A stretch of 35,502 nucleotides of DNA from Selaginella moellendorffii (GCF_000143415.4 NW_003314396.1:361640-397141); one strand, 5' to 3'; shown: positions 12,392 through 25,254, counted from the stretch's first letter. Numbers and translations: made by a program. The notes: generated by a model from the sequence alone, not told the origin.

Positions 12392-13587
12392 TGTAGCGCA
12401 TGTGATCATGGGATGAGATTTGGATATACTGTCACCGTGGATCCTTGGAACCTTGGGAGATAAATGGGGATAAAATAGCCACTAAGGGCTCTCTCATCAA
12501 GCAATTGCCCCTTTTCCAGTTGGCTTAAGGGGAGAGAGATAAGGTGCGCTACAGTTGGTATCGGAGCAAATGGCACGGGTTCGATTCCCATTGATTAGTG
12601 GCTACTTAAAAGTATAATATACCCTTGAGCAAGGTATATTCCTACCCCTAAATTTGAAATCGTACGTATTGGGCATCCATGTGTACGTCCTTCCTCTTGT
12701 GTGGAGTATCCACGGACGAAGGTATCCACCGTGGGACTGCGGTACGGGTGGATGACTAGTTGCCTCACATGGAATAGCTGGTCTACACAATGGAAGGATT
12801 GGTAGATTGAGTGCGGAAATGGAGGTGCTGGTTCCCCTTGGCTTAGTAGGGGTTGTTAGTCAATAGTCAATGAGGACATTGACATCTCTGAAGGGGGGGT
12901 GAGTGTAGCGCATGTGATCATGGGATGAGATTTGGATATACTGTCACCGTGGATCCTTGGAACCTTGGGAGATAAATGGGGATAAAATAGCCACTAAGGG
13001 CTCTCTCATCAAGCAATTGCCCCTTTTCCAGTTGGCTTAAGGGGAGAGAGATAAGGTGCGCTACAGTTGGTATCGGAGCCAAATGCTAAATATGGAATGG
13101 CCTTAGATTGCGAATTTGGACATGGGACGAACACCATTGTGTTCAGGCCGACCTCAACATTCCGTAGATATGCCAAATGAGCGAATCTAGACACTTTCCA
13201 TAAATAGCATTTGGGACCGAAACGAGACTAACACAAAGGGCGTGATAGCGAGGGTGTTTGGCAAACACGGTAAGCTATCATCTAGCGAATATTGAGGGAC
13301 TAGTCTCAATATTGCGGGGGTTCCCAACACTAGCAAGTGCAAGTCAACATCATGAGTTTCTCATCACCGTGTCAAGTATGCTTGACTTAATGACAACTTA
13401 GGATTTCCTTCCTTAGTGCCCTTCCGGTCTAAGTGCACATGTGCTGACCAGTTTCTCAACTAGCTTGGGCGGAGACCATAAAGGGAACCAGCAGTACCGA
13501 CCTCCTGCCGTCGTGGCAGTAAGGAGAGAGAGTCCGTAAGTACTAGTCGACAAGTATCTTTCGATACCCGAAGTCACATGCGCGACA
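12392..13587 (+). mobile_element. Composite TRIM: LTR-internal-LTR-PBS-second internal region-heterologous end
   Basis: Apparently identical 162-bp LTRs (12392-12553, 12904-13065; TGTAGCGCA...TGCGCTACA). PBS TGGTATCGGAGC follows both LTRs; PPT at 12891-12903. TATTT flanks at 12387-12391 and 13588-13592. The core 12392-13065 is firm; the right extension is less so. Confidence 0.85.
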
Positions 13588-14899
13588 TATTTGTAGGGAC
13601 ACTAAATGGCATTAGAGACTAAATGGCATTGGAGAGAATATATATTGAGGAAATGCTCAATAGTTCCTAGCAATAAACTGTTATGGATCAAAGATGAAAC
13701 ATTAGTTATAAACACAATATTGAATTCATATTCTTTGAGCTATAATAATATAGTGAGTGTGAATAAGATTAAACATATATTTAGTTTCTCATCCTATCAG
13801 AGTAAGAGGTTTTGAATAGCATGCATACTAAGTAACAAATATTATTTTTATGTGTTGATAGTGTAATAATTTTATTTTGAAATTTTAAAATAATTAAGCA
13901 TATTTGTCTTCATATGGAATACACAAGGCTTGGTTTGGCAAACCATTTTGACTCCAGGCCAAGAGCATTCACAAAATCCTCTCAGTTTTTTTGGAAGTAG
14001 ACATCTGAACACGTTGCATAGAGCATGACCAATTTCCAAGGACAGTGGAGGTTACAAAACCAACTCTATGCCTCATTTCAAGTGGCAGTGGCCTTGATGA
14101 TAGAACCATGTAAGATCCAGTTTATGGATTACATGGTTTAGGTCTATAGCAGCATCCGTCACAAGAAGAACATTGTTTTGGTTCAAAGTCCAAGACTGGA
14201 CTGGCTGATTCTGTAATGAATCTCTTCAACTCTTTAGAGGTCTCCCACTTTCCCAACCTGGTCTTCCACCGGGAACTTGATGTCCAGTCTGCTCCCGGTG
14301 GAATTGTGCAATTTGTTCCAAGCACACCGTCTTATGAACTTAGACAACATTCCTGGAAGAAAACACTTAAAATGAAACTATCCACCGTTGCAAAACATAT
14401 GTTAGAGAAAAGCTCGAGATCAAAGTAGTTGGTGTTGTTCATAACAAGGTAGGGATATTTTCCTGCATGTCTCCCTGCAGCAGAGAGCATTTTTGAGCCT
14501 TGGCATATCCTCCCAGATGACTGCCATGACCTTGATGCTATACGACTTGGTGCTCAAATTATCCTTGCTTGGAACTATAGCCACTACAGTCTCACCTGGA
14601 TCTGGGATTGAGCATTGCTGATCTCGATCATTTTTCTTATGCAAAGAAAAGACCCAAGATAGGAGAAGGATGTAAGCCAGTTTGCTGTTTCACTTCAAAT
14701 TTCTATCCGCAACCACACGCCAAGGACACACTCTTGCTAATTACTCTCACGAAAGCTCCTTCCTTGGCAGAGAGACCTTTGTTTCAACCAGAGGCATCTG
14801 ATAAATTTAGAAATTTTTTTCTCACGTCCACAGCGCTTCCTTGGCAACACAAACACAAAGAGCCATTCACTCAGAACTCAAAACCATCTCTTTACTATT

Positions 14900-15146
14900 A
14901 ACTCAAAACCAATCCATTCTCATAAAGAAATACAGTTTGCTCAGCCACCTTTCCTAAGCTTAACGATCGCCCTGTCTGATATAGGTGCACTGCTACATAA
15001 CTTCATCGGCATTCTTGAAGCAATAGTGCAGATCTCAGGGTAGAGCGCAATACATCCTGATCCAATACCCTTGACCTCCACAGCCACCAGTCAGGAAAAA
15101 GAGCGGCAAAAAAAAGGCATGTACCTGTAGAGATTGATAATTGTAA
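14900..15146. repeat. Direct repeat shared with 20841-21002 (Helitron internal segment)
   Basis: AACTCAAAACCAATCCATT...GGCATGTACCTGTAGAGATTGATAATTGTA is near-identical in both copies. This copy has an extra ~75-80 bp. Confidence 0.9.
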
Positions 15147-15155
15147 TTCATAATT

Positions 15156-16232
15156 CTAGCAGAGACCCCAGCTCCACTGGGAGATATAGCATACCCAAGA
15201 TAAATACATCTTCTTTTCTAATTTTACAATGTTAAAACTTTTGATTCTATACAAAGTTAAATTTATCTAAGTTTTGCTACTATTCATCTCTAGAGAAATG
15301 CATAATAATGCAATTAGACAATAATGCAAGTGTTGGGAAGATAAGATCATTTTTAATCATCATTATATTTGAATTTAATTTTTTTATTGCATTTATAGAA
15401 AGGTACAAAAACCTAAACACATAAACAAGATTGCTGCTATACTTTAAAAGCACTCGACTTTTCACAAAACTGAAGAATTATAGACTACCAAAAAATAATA
15501 GGTTAGTTTGAAGAAATTATAATTTTGATTGCTAATTTTTTTTATCTGAACTGTAATCATGCCTCTAACTTTCATAGTTTACTAAAGAATAATAGAATTT
15601 TTATTATGCATCTGGTTTTACATTTTTAAATATACATAATTAAATCTACCTAGATATTCACACTACATTAGAGGTGTTGAAAAGAGGTACATCCAAAGAT
15701 AATAATTATATTAGAGATATAATGTTTGTATTAAGAAAACTTTGTACTAATTCTTTATCATAAAATTATGCATTCATGTCTCATATATGACATGGTATTT
15801 AAGATGGTATAAGCAATCTCATACATATACAAATATCAAATCCATTTCTTAATAATATCTCAAAAATAAAAAACGCTTTTATATTTTCAACTAGTTTTCT
15901 TGCTCATAATCTTACTCTAATCCATCAGCAGCTTTACATGAGTTTTATTGTGTGTCTCAATATTTATACAATGATTTATTTGCTATCTTAGCTTATGTTA
16001 TTATTATATAAAGGAAATATAACCATCAAATTCAAATTTAATAATGATAAAAAATGATCTTATCTTCCCCAAAACTTGCATTATTGTGCATTTCTCTGGA
16101 TATGAATAGTAGCAAAATTTAGATAAATTTAACCTTGTATACAATCAAATTTCTAACATTATAAAATTAGGAAAGAAGATTTATTTATCTTGGGTATGCT
16201 ATATTTCCCAGTGGAGCTGGGGTTTCTGTTAG
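15156..16232. repeat. ~220-bp inverted repeat made of two outward-facing Helitron 3' ends
   Basis: 15156-~15380 is the reverse complement of ~16020-16232. Each arm ends in CCCAGTGGAGCTGGG plus CTAG (left) or TTAG (right). Confidence 0.9.
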
Positions 16233-19200
16233 TACTCTTTATCTAAATTTGATATTTAAAATTTTAATACTTTCAAAATAAAGCATAATAATGTGTCATA
16301 TTTTTGAGAATCATACAATTCCACTAAGAAAGATAGACAATAATAATTTCAAATATTTAGATATTTCATAAAATTTAAAATATTATTATACCTCTGAAAC
16401 CTTTCCAACCAGAACATTCTTTAGCAAAAGATCAAGAGTAACACATTTTATAACTCATAATGTATAATATAACCACTATGAAAATTAAATGATGAAGAGA
16501 CAAAATACATGAGTAAGAAAAATATAGAATGAGGAAAGCTCATGGAAATAAGAATTCAAAAAATTAAATGACTGGTTTATTTGAACTTCTCAAGAAACAT
16601 GTTTTATGCTATAAAGTAGTAGAACAGCTCTCAATTAAATATCCAGATTAATCAGACTAAATTTAAAAAATAAATAACCATGCTTCATCAGGATTCTAAT
16701 TAGGTGCTAGTAAGATATATATAGTAGTCATTATTCCAAAAGCATTAAGAAAATTTAAAGCTTTTAATAATTTGCCATAAGATTATCTATAGCCAAAACA
16801 ATTCAAATCAAATACAGCTAAAAATCTAGAAAATTCCAGTTTAAGAATACATATCTATACTTACTATTCATTAAAAATATAAAGAAGAACATGATTATAT
16901 TAACCTAGATTATTAAATTATTAATATTTTAATTATAAAATGGATCTAACACATGACTATATACATATTAAAATTATTATATTTTATATATGATATATTA
17001 TTCATCACATTATTATCATTTTCTGTACACTATAACGGTGAATGATATAATAAAGTTTTTTTGTTAAAAGAAGAAGTAATCCTGTATTGTCAAAGAAGTG
17101 TCAAAATGTCATCATGCATAATAAAGTTCCATTTTTTTAGTTGCCCTAATCCCAAATTCGAATGCATGCCATTAAAGATTACCACAATAGTAATATAACT
17201 ATTCAGTAGCTACATTACCAATAATTAAATATCTGTATTTATTTGAATTTATTAAGACTATTGTGAAGTGTTTTAAATTTTTTTTAATCTCATCATTTAA
17301 ATTTATCATGGGAGTACCCTAGAATAAATTCTAAGTTTTTTTTTGAGCTATCTGCTATTTGTATTACATATTATTGTCCTTTTTCTCTATCTATTTTTAA
17401 TTTTTATTATGCCCATTGAATAGCGCACCACTTGATAAAATTTAACACCCTTTCAACTGTTGAATCTTTGATCATAACAAATACAACTCAAAAACAAAAT
17501 CAGTCAATCAAAATCATGTGCTTGGATTTACCAGTAAAGACTCTTTAGCTTATGGAACTGCAGAAGGTAGCTCGAGTTTTTCTTTCATTTCTGAGAAGAA
17601 GCTAACAAAGCTTTTACTTGTAGTAACCCAAGGATAGAAGGTGAAAACTGGTGGCAAGGCCATGCACATGCTACTCAATTCCTGGCCAAGGCACTCTTAA
17701 AAGGATTGATTCACCAGGTTTAATATTTGTAGCATCACAAGTCTCCCTGGAAGCTGACTTGGTCACTAAGAGAAACTGAGAGACAGTCTACTTTCTGATT
17801 GAGTTGAAGGAACTCAAGTTGGTTGTTTGGTTGTTGTTGCTGTTTGTGGGATTGAAACACCAGAGGATCTTCTCATCAATGCCCTGGGACATGGATGCAT
17901 CCTTGCCAACACTGATTTTCAAGGGTTGTTCATGTAAGTAGTACTCATTTCCTACAAGTTTGATACTCTACACAGGGTTGGATCATTTGTCTAACACAGC
18001 AAGGCATGAAATCTCATTGTTAACTCCTCACTATGGCCATGCTGATGTGGTGGCAGCAGCCAGAGAGCTTGCCTTCAATCTACACATCCCAAGCTTCAGG
18101 TTTTGAAAGAAAAAAAACGGTTGTTCTTAAGTTTTTTTTAAAATAATATACATTGTTGTATCAAGATTATCATTTATAAATAAAAGTGTTAATATTGATT
18201 TTTACCTCTCTAATTCTTCATTCTCTAGATTAGATTGTTGATACTTTGATTATAAAGAACATAAAAATTAAAAAATAAACTTAGATCTAATATATTACAA
18301 TATACACCAATAATATAATGATATTATATATATATTTTAAATTATAATTTAAAATAATAATCAACATATAATACAAAATAAAAAATAATTTCTAAAAGGA
18401 ATTATTAAAGAAGTTATAATTAACATATATACAGCTGGGATTTATATTCATTTTAAGCTTGATATTTTTTAAGGATATTTATAAATGAGAATAATTTTCT
18501 TAAGTCTTCAAGAGTAGAGTTTTCTACAAAAATAATGATATTTTTGAGATATCCTTAAGAATTGCATGTTTGGAATATATACATCACCAAAGATTTCTCT
18601 AAATAGCAAAAAACAAAATTACTTTCCGATATAAATACTAATATGTTTTTCATAGATTAGAAACCTTCCTTATTCTTTCCTGCTTCAAATACCAAATCCA
18701 TTTTTTTTTCTAAAATCCTTCTTTAGGCCAACTATCAACTTCTTATTTTTCAATATTCAAAATTCACTATTCTGTAATGGCTTACTACAAGGTCTCATCT
18801 TCTCTCATTTGCAATAATGTGTTAGCTTTGACTATTGAAATAGGAGATTGTGATCATAGGATACCATTATTTGCACGAACTTGCTTCCACATAAATTAAA
18901 TATTTAGAAAAGAAGCATTGCACAATGCTATTACATAATCTTGATGTAAGAAATGGTTTATGTAATGGCACCAAACTGCTAATTATATCTTCTTGATGAT
19001 GCTGCTGTTCTCAACATTTGGTCCGTGGTCATAAAAGCTATGCATGTCCTCCAAAGACCTGTGATGAGAAACATTTGGGACTTACAAACAGCCTCTATAA
19101 TGTACTTGGCAAGCCTGCCTTTGAGTATCTTCTCGTCTTTGAGTTTCATCCTGTTGAGTAAGAAACTTTGCTGTTGGGATCCAAGGCAGTCCACCTACAA

Positions 19201-19242
19201 ACCCCAGATAAAGGAATAATGGCACAAATAATAGATCTTCAC

Positions 19243-20782
19243 CTGTAATAACGAAGTAATGGACGACATTGAAGATTTGAAGCTTGGCAAGTTCGTAAGT
19301 TTGATTTCCCATCCCAAAGGGTATGAACGTGAATGGAGATGCTCCATATTTCTAGTGAAAAACCCCAGCCAGAGTTACAGAGCATGGGTGAGAATCTCGT
19401 ACCTCCCAGCTGGATTGAACTTTTCCGGATCAGGGTGGATCCATATGTACTTGTCTTAGCCACGCTTCCAAATCACTTGAACATCACTTGAAAATCACTT
19501 GAGAGAAGAAGCAGACTCACCATTAAACTCGAGGCCTAACAAGGCTCTTCTAAAGACCATTGGAGATATTTTTGCAAGTCGCAGTGTTTCATTGACAACC
19601 TGCAAAAATAAAAAATAAATTCAGGAATAAAAACAGGGGAAAATGGACTGACACTAGATAGGTAGCACATCCTTCTGATGTATAAAAGGTTGAGCATTTC
19701 CCCTTCTGAAATGACTTCAGCAATGTTGTCTTGCTCGGCCTAAAGAAGAAAGATTGTATGAAGGAAAGTTTGTATGAAACTGCAAAGGTTTACCTTCACT
19801 TTCTCAAACACATCAGGCTTTTGCCTTAGGAAATCACCAGCCACATGATGACATGAGCCGTTGAGTCGTGACCAGCGTTCATGTAGATGATATGAGCGTC
19901 TTCCAGCGCCTCTTTCTTGTCATCCAGCTGATCCATGAGCAACGAAAGAATGCTTGTTTCTGTGGCTTTCCAGAAGCGCTGGTTGATCACGTCCTGGATA
20001 AGCTTGATGAGCTTTCGCCTCGGCCTGAAAAATGGAAAAACGTCACAAAGCTATGATGTACAATGCATATGGGTTTGTTGTACGCAGTGCCGAGGAAGTT
20101 GATGGGGAAAGCCTGAATGCCTTGGTTGACAATGTAGTACAAGGAGAGTCTCTTCCATGTCGAGACTGGAGTCTTTCCCATATAAAATGTAGAGGACAGT
20201 TAGAAACGTGAACTGTCATATCAGAAAAAACCAGTGTCAACAAGAAAACTAAGGCAACTGCTTACCCTTCTCATCTCGGTAAGAAGAACGATCTTATCCT
20301 GCATAGACCACCTTGCAAGGCAAGCTTTTATGTTGTTGACGATGAGGGGCACATACTGCTTGAGAGCTTTGGGATTGTTCACAGTGGGCTTGGAGCTTCA
20401 AGTGGCTCTTTCCAGTTAACCCCGCAAACAAGTTTTGTCCCATGAGCGTAACAGTGCTCTCCCATCCTGTCTCAAAGCTGTCTTTACAAATTTGCATGCT
20501 GCCAGAACAGAAACGCGCGCCTTGTAAAACCCACTCGATTGCACCTGAAACCAAGAAAAAGCACAAGTTAAACAAGCGAAAGAAAGTACAAGATCACTCA
20601 ACTTTGCAATGTAGTCTGTCTTCCAGACTTGAAGCCTCTGAGAAAAGCAGCCACGTTGCCAAAGATCCCGGTGGAAGTGGAGGCTGTCCCAGCTTGAGCA
20701 CCGTCTCATAGTACCACTTGTTGAGAAAACTCGAGAATGTCAGGAAGGCAGTGACTGCCACGCTGCTGTGGATTCCCAGTCA
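19243..20782 (-). pseudogene. KAO: Cytochrome P450 CYP88 family (ent-kaurenoic acid oxidase-like) pseudogene
   Basis: NKWYYE..LGQPPLPPGSL, AFLRGFKSG, SFETGWESTVTLMG, NQGIQAFPINFLGTAYNK, YMNAGHDSTAH, VVNETLRLAKISPMVFRRA, PEKFNP and FIPFGMGNQT-YELAKLQI. The heme cysteine is missing and there are many frameshifts. Confidence 0.85.
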
Positions 20783-21249
20783 AGAGCCTGGGATTTACTC
20801 AGCCTGTTATCTGGACAACTTGGAGGAGGAAGAACCCCTAAAACTCAAAACCAATCCATTCACATAAAGAAATACAATTTGCTCAGTCACCTTTCCTAAG
20901 CTTAACGATTGCCCTGTCTGATACCCTTGACCTCCACAGCCACCAGTCAGGAAAAAGAGCAGCAAAAAAAAGGCATGTACCTGTAGAGATTGATAATTGT
21001 ATTGGTAGATAACGTTTCTATAGCAGATAGTCTCCAAAACGTAGCGTCACTCTATGAACAAAGACAAATTCCTTCCTAGGGTTAGAAATAGGATAAATGA
21101 AACCGTATCATCTAGATATCAATCTGCAAAGCATACTTGAGCGAAGCATTCCCTCCCAGTCGATGGAGTGGTTGCAAACCTAGAATTGAAGCAGTACCTC
21201 CCATATTGCCATATGGATTTATCTTGGCCGTATATATCAATCGTCACAA

Positions 21250-21520
21250 ATTTGGACAGTCGGATTAATAGCATCTGCCATAAGTAAAAATGGATATTCT
21301 AAAAATGGAATATGTGATGCCGATGCCAAAATAGCAACTTTAAATAAAGAGTATTGACTAGCAAAAGTCCCAGCTACGCTGGGAGCATTGTGTTTATTCC
21401 TGATGTTTTAGTAATTTCAAAGAGTTGTAATTGTAATTGTAATTTTTAACATAATCATTATTATAGCATACATAATTAAACATAATATAATATTTATATT
21501 GAAAGTCCCTTTTACATAAT
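21250..21520 (-). mobile_element. Helitron-like 3'|5' junction, type B
   Basis: Hairpin CCCAGC-GTA-GCTGGG (21369-21383), CTAG at 21358-21361, TCAA spacer, then TACTCTTTATTTAAA. Both sides are homologous to the junction at 33668/33669. Confidence 0.8.
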
Positions 21521-23417
21521 TTATGCTTAATATATAAATTATTGTTATATTATAACATGCTATATTATAATGTATATATAATTTTTTGTTTTTTTAGTAT
21601 CATGATTTTTATGATATTAAAATATTATAGAATAAGTTATTAATATCTTAAATCATAATTTATAGTATAATTTGTGTAACCAGAAGCCCATGCATTGTCA
21701 TAAAGTGTGGAATACAAATAGATTTCCTATTCCATCTACATGATCAACAAGAAATAGATGTGACTCACTCTTATTGTCTAATGCTAGCTTCCAATAGTGC
21801 TGGCTGGATGGTGTCACCCTAATAACTTGGATATGAGCATACATCACTTTTTTTCTCTGTGGCAAAGTTGACACATTGTGGCAGCATTACATCTTGAATC
21901 TCTGTCAGATCCTCATCACTATCAAGCTTCAAAAAAGCTAATCAGCTCACTACCCTGGCCTGAATTACCCTAATGCCTGGCTAGATAAAGAAGATATATC
22001 TTAGCCCACATATCAATGTAGAGTTCAAATGGCCAGTCCCGCATGTAGAGCTTCTGCATTGGAAACAATTTTCCAAAGATATTTGTCATCACAACGTCTG
22101 CTTTCTATTGAAAAAAAATGCGAAGGAGAAGAACATGATAATGCGTTGAGAGAAAAAATACAAGAAACAACCTTGTGTTTCTTCAGTTAGATTCACTGTT
22201 TGTTTCAGAGTTCAAGTAAAAAAGGTTTCTCACGAAAAGAATAGCAGATTGTATAATTTATGATGTTGAAGTGTTCAGAGTACATCCACACTTTCATACT
22301 TCGTATTTATACATTTTTATAAGTAACTAAAATTTATTTTCTAATATAATACCTGCAGTCAAAAAAGTTATATGTGTATTAATACTAAATTATAATAGTG
22401 CATTAGCATTTGCATCAATAGGTGCAAACATTGAAGAGGTTGCAGTAGGTGACCCTTATTATTTTAAAATACATGGACAAGTTTATCATAATATTGGTTT
22501 ATTCACAGTTATATATTTTAGATACTGCTCAAGTAACAGAAATAAGTATGGTAAATAAGTATTGAAATAATAAATCAGTGATATGATTTGTGATTTTTTG
22601 AGAACATTTGCTTGTGCTTCATCAGCATTTCACTTGACAAGTTCTTGTCAACTCATCCATGATGTTTTGCATTTTATCTAACACTTATTTTGCTTTTACT
22701 TTTGATTGTTGCCTACTTGACGGTTTGTTTGCATGGTTGGTTGTGTAGAATTTATTGTCTTTATCCATCTTCCTCTTGCCACTTTTTATGCTTAGAAACT
22801 TAATACATACATAGGTAAACTTCATGTTTATGTTAAGCATTAGTCCTTAATTCTTACCATCACATCTCACCATTGTGGAGTTATCATTCTCCATCTCTTA
22901 AAAAATTTGGAGAGGTATTTTTTGAATCAACCTAACTTCTTTTGAGCCATCCATCAAAACTCTTATTCAGTTTCTATATAATAGTTGTGCTAACAGTGCA
23001 TATACACGTGACTTAGATAGAAAATAAAGAGATAGTTTGAATTCGGCAATAATGAAGCTCCTACAAAGCACAGAACTCATATGCTCACGCTTCACACACT
23101 TAAGCATATCCATCGCCACCTTTTGATCATCTCTCCAAGTCCTCGTGAACTTTACAGGCACTAAGCAGTCACTAAGAAGTGAATGACATTCTCTTGATGA
23201 ACCTATCTGCATCTTGTATTAGTTTAGTTCTCTTGAGAAAGTCTCCCACAGTACGTGCTCGTGTGATAAGTCCACATTATCCACATTCTCATTATCATCA
23301 GGGTCATACAAGAGTGGAAGTGCCTGGAAATTTAGAAGCAGAGAAAACATTGTTCAAGTTATTACTTTCTGATCATTCCCAGAGGAAATAAGTGAAGAGT
23401 TAGGCAGCACACTGAGT

Positions 23418-23915
23418 NNNNNNNNNNNNNNNNNNNNNNNNNNNNNNNNNNNNNNNNNNNNNNNNNNNNNNNNNNNNNNNNNNNNNNNNNNNNNNNNNNN
23501 NNNNNNNNNNNNNNNNNNNNNNNNNNNNNNNNNNNNNNNNNNNNNNNNNNNNNNNNNNNNNNNNNNNNNNNNNNNNNNNNNNNNNNNNNNNNNNNNNNNN
23601 NNNNNNNNNNNNNNNNNNNNNNNNNNNNNNNNNNNNNNNNNNNNNNNNNNNNNNNNNNNNNNNNNNNNNNNNNNNNNNNNNNNNNNNNNNNNNNNNNNNN
23701 NNNNNNNNNNNNNNNNNNNNNNNNNNNNNNNNNNNNNNNNNNNNNNNNNNNNNNNNNNNNNNNNNNNNNNNNNNNNNNNNNNNNNNNNNNNNNNNNNNNN
23801 NNNNNNNNNNNNNNNNNNNNNNNNNNNNNNNNNNNNNNNNNNNNNNNNNNNNNNNNNNNNNNNNNNNNNNNNNNNNNNNNNNNNNNNNNNNNNNNNNNNN
23901 NNNNNNNNNNNNNNN
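23418..23915. other. Assembly gap
   Basis: Run of N. Confidence 1.
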
Positions 23916-25254
23916 AGCGAGCATAACTGCGAGTGTGCACTCATATTTACATGATTCTGAGTCTGCGCAAGCGTGGAATTTAAGTAAGCTTTTGCAAAAG
24001 TGACCGTGAGTGATATGGTGTAAGGTTTGTATTGCTTACTTGTTGCTTAGTGCTTCAACAGGAATACCAGAGGAGAAGAGACATCTTGTGACAGGCCAAC
24101 TCTAGGCTCCATGGTTCATGTGGAGTACACAGCCTGATTATGTAGAGGAGCTGTTGATATAAATGTAGAGAAGCAAGGTGACTTTGAGCTTGAACTGAGC
24201 AGTGGGCTTGTACTTGGCCTTCTCGACACATATGTTACTGTTATGTGTGTTGGTCAGAGTGCTCACTTAGAGCAAAGAGGGAAAGACATTTGCTATTTTT
24301 TGTAGCCAGTCAAGGGTAGGAGACACCTTATATATAATGTAGTATTACAACACAAATACAATTGAATCTGGCACCACTTCACTTAATTTGTCCTCAGACA
24401 TGTGATGCTAATAGTAATTGGATTTGTACAGCACCATGTCCTTGTAGAGAAACGCATGGTCATCATTACCACTTCTAGAGCTGCTGCTCTGGATCACTGC
24501 CACCACGTTGAAGCTCACCTTGCCATTCAGAGATGGCTCCAAAGTGATAGAGCAAACCAGGACCTCATCAATCGGGTGATGACGGACCCTGTAAGATCTT
24601 CATCCCTGTCCCTCGTGAGATCTTCGTCCCTGTCCCTCGCACTGCCCTTCTCACCTGGCTGCTACGTACATGTGACTGATCCCAAACTGGTGGAGGATTC
24701 TCATGGCCTTGAGATCTTCTCACTGGTGATGCTGCTGCTGCTACTGCTGTGATTCAGACTCCAAATCTCCTCTCTCTCTCTCCAGCCACTGCTGTCGTTG
24801 ATCAGATAGCGATATGTAGTGGTGCTTAAATTTTGTATCCTGGATCCACACGAGAATGACGTGATAGCAAAGAGCAAGACTTACCTGTAGCATTAAGTCG
24901 ACTCTACCATTGGGACTTCTAGATAGCCTTTCTGTCACCATACTGCCGTAAAAAACTGTAACAAAACCATACCCCAACCGAAGAACTTCCTCTAGCTTTG
25001 ATAGCAAAACTTACAAAGCACTATGTTTACCTGTATCCCAAGATATTCACTGACTTTCTCCAAAAAGAATAGATATCAGAGGTTCCACTCTGTAATCAAG
25101 ACGAAAGGATAAATGTAAACACTGCTAACACGGCAGTATATTGATACCTGTAAGCGACAGGATCATATGGGGGAAATATGTTCATCATTTGCCTGCATGC
25201 TGGCTTTTTTTCTTCAATGCCTTCACCTTCCTAGTACTCCTGACATGTTCTTTT

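Noticed and set aside
12556-12590. tRNA gene or SINE
   Set aside because: Only a PBS and a B-box-like motif; no cloverleaf or properly spaced A box.
23354-23944. Long ORFs of 174-196 aa
   Set aside because: They span the N gap and are artefacts.
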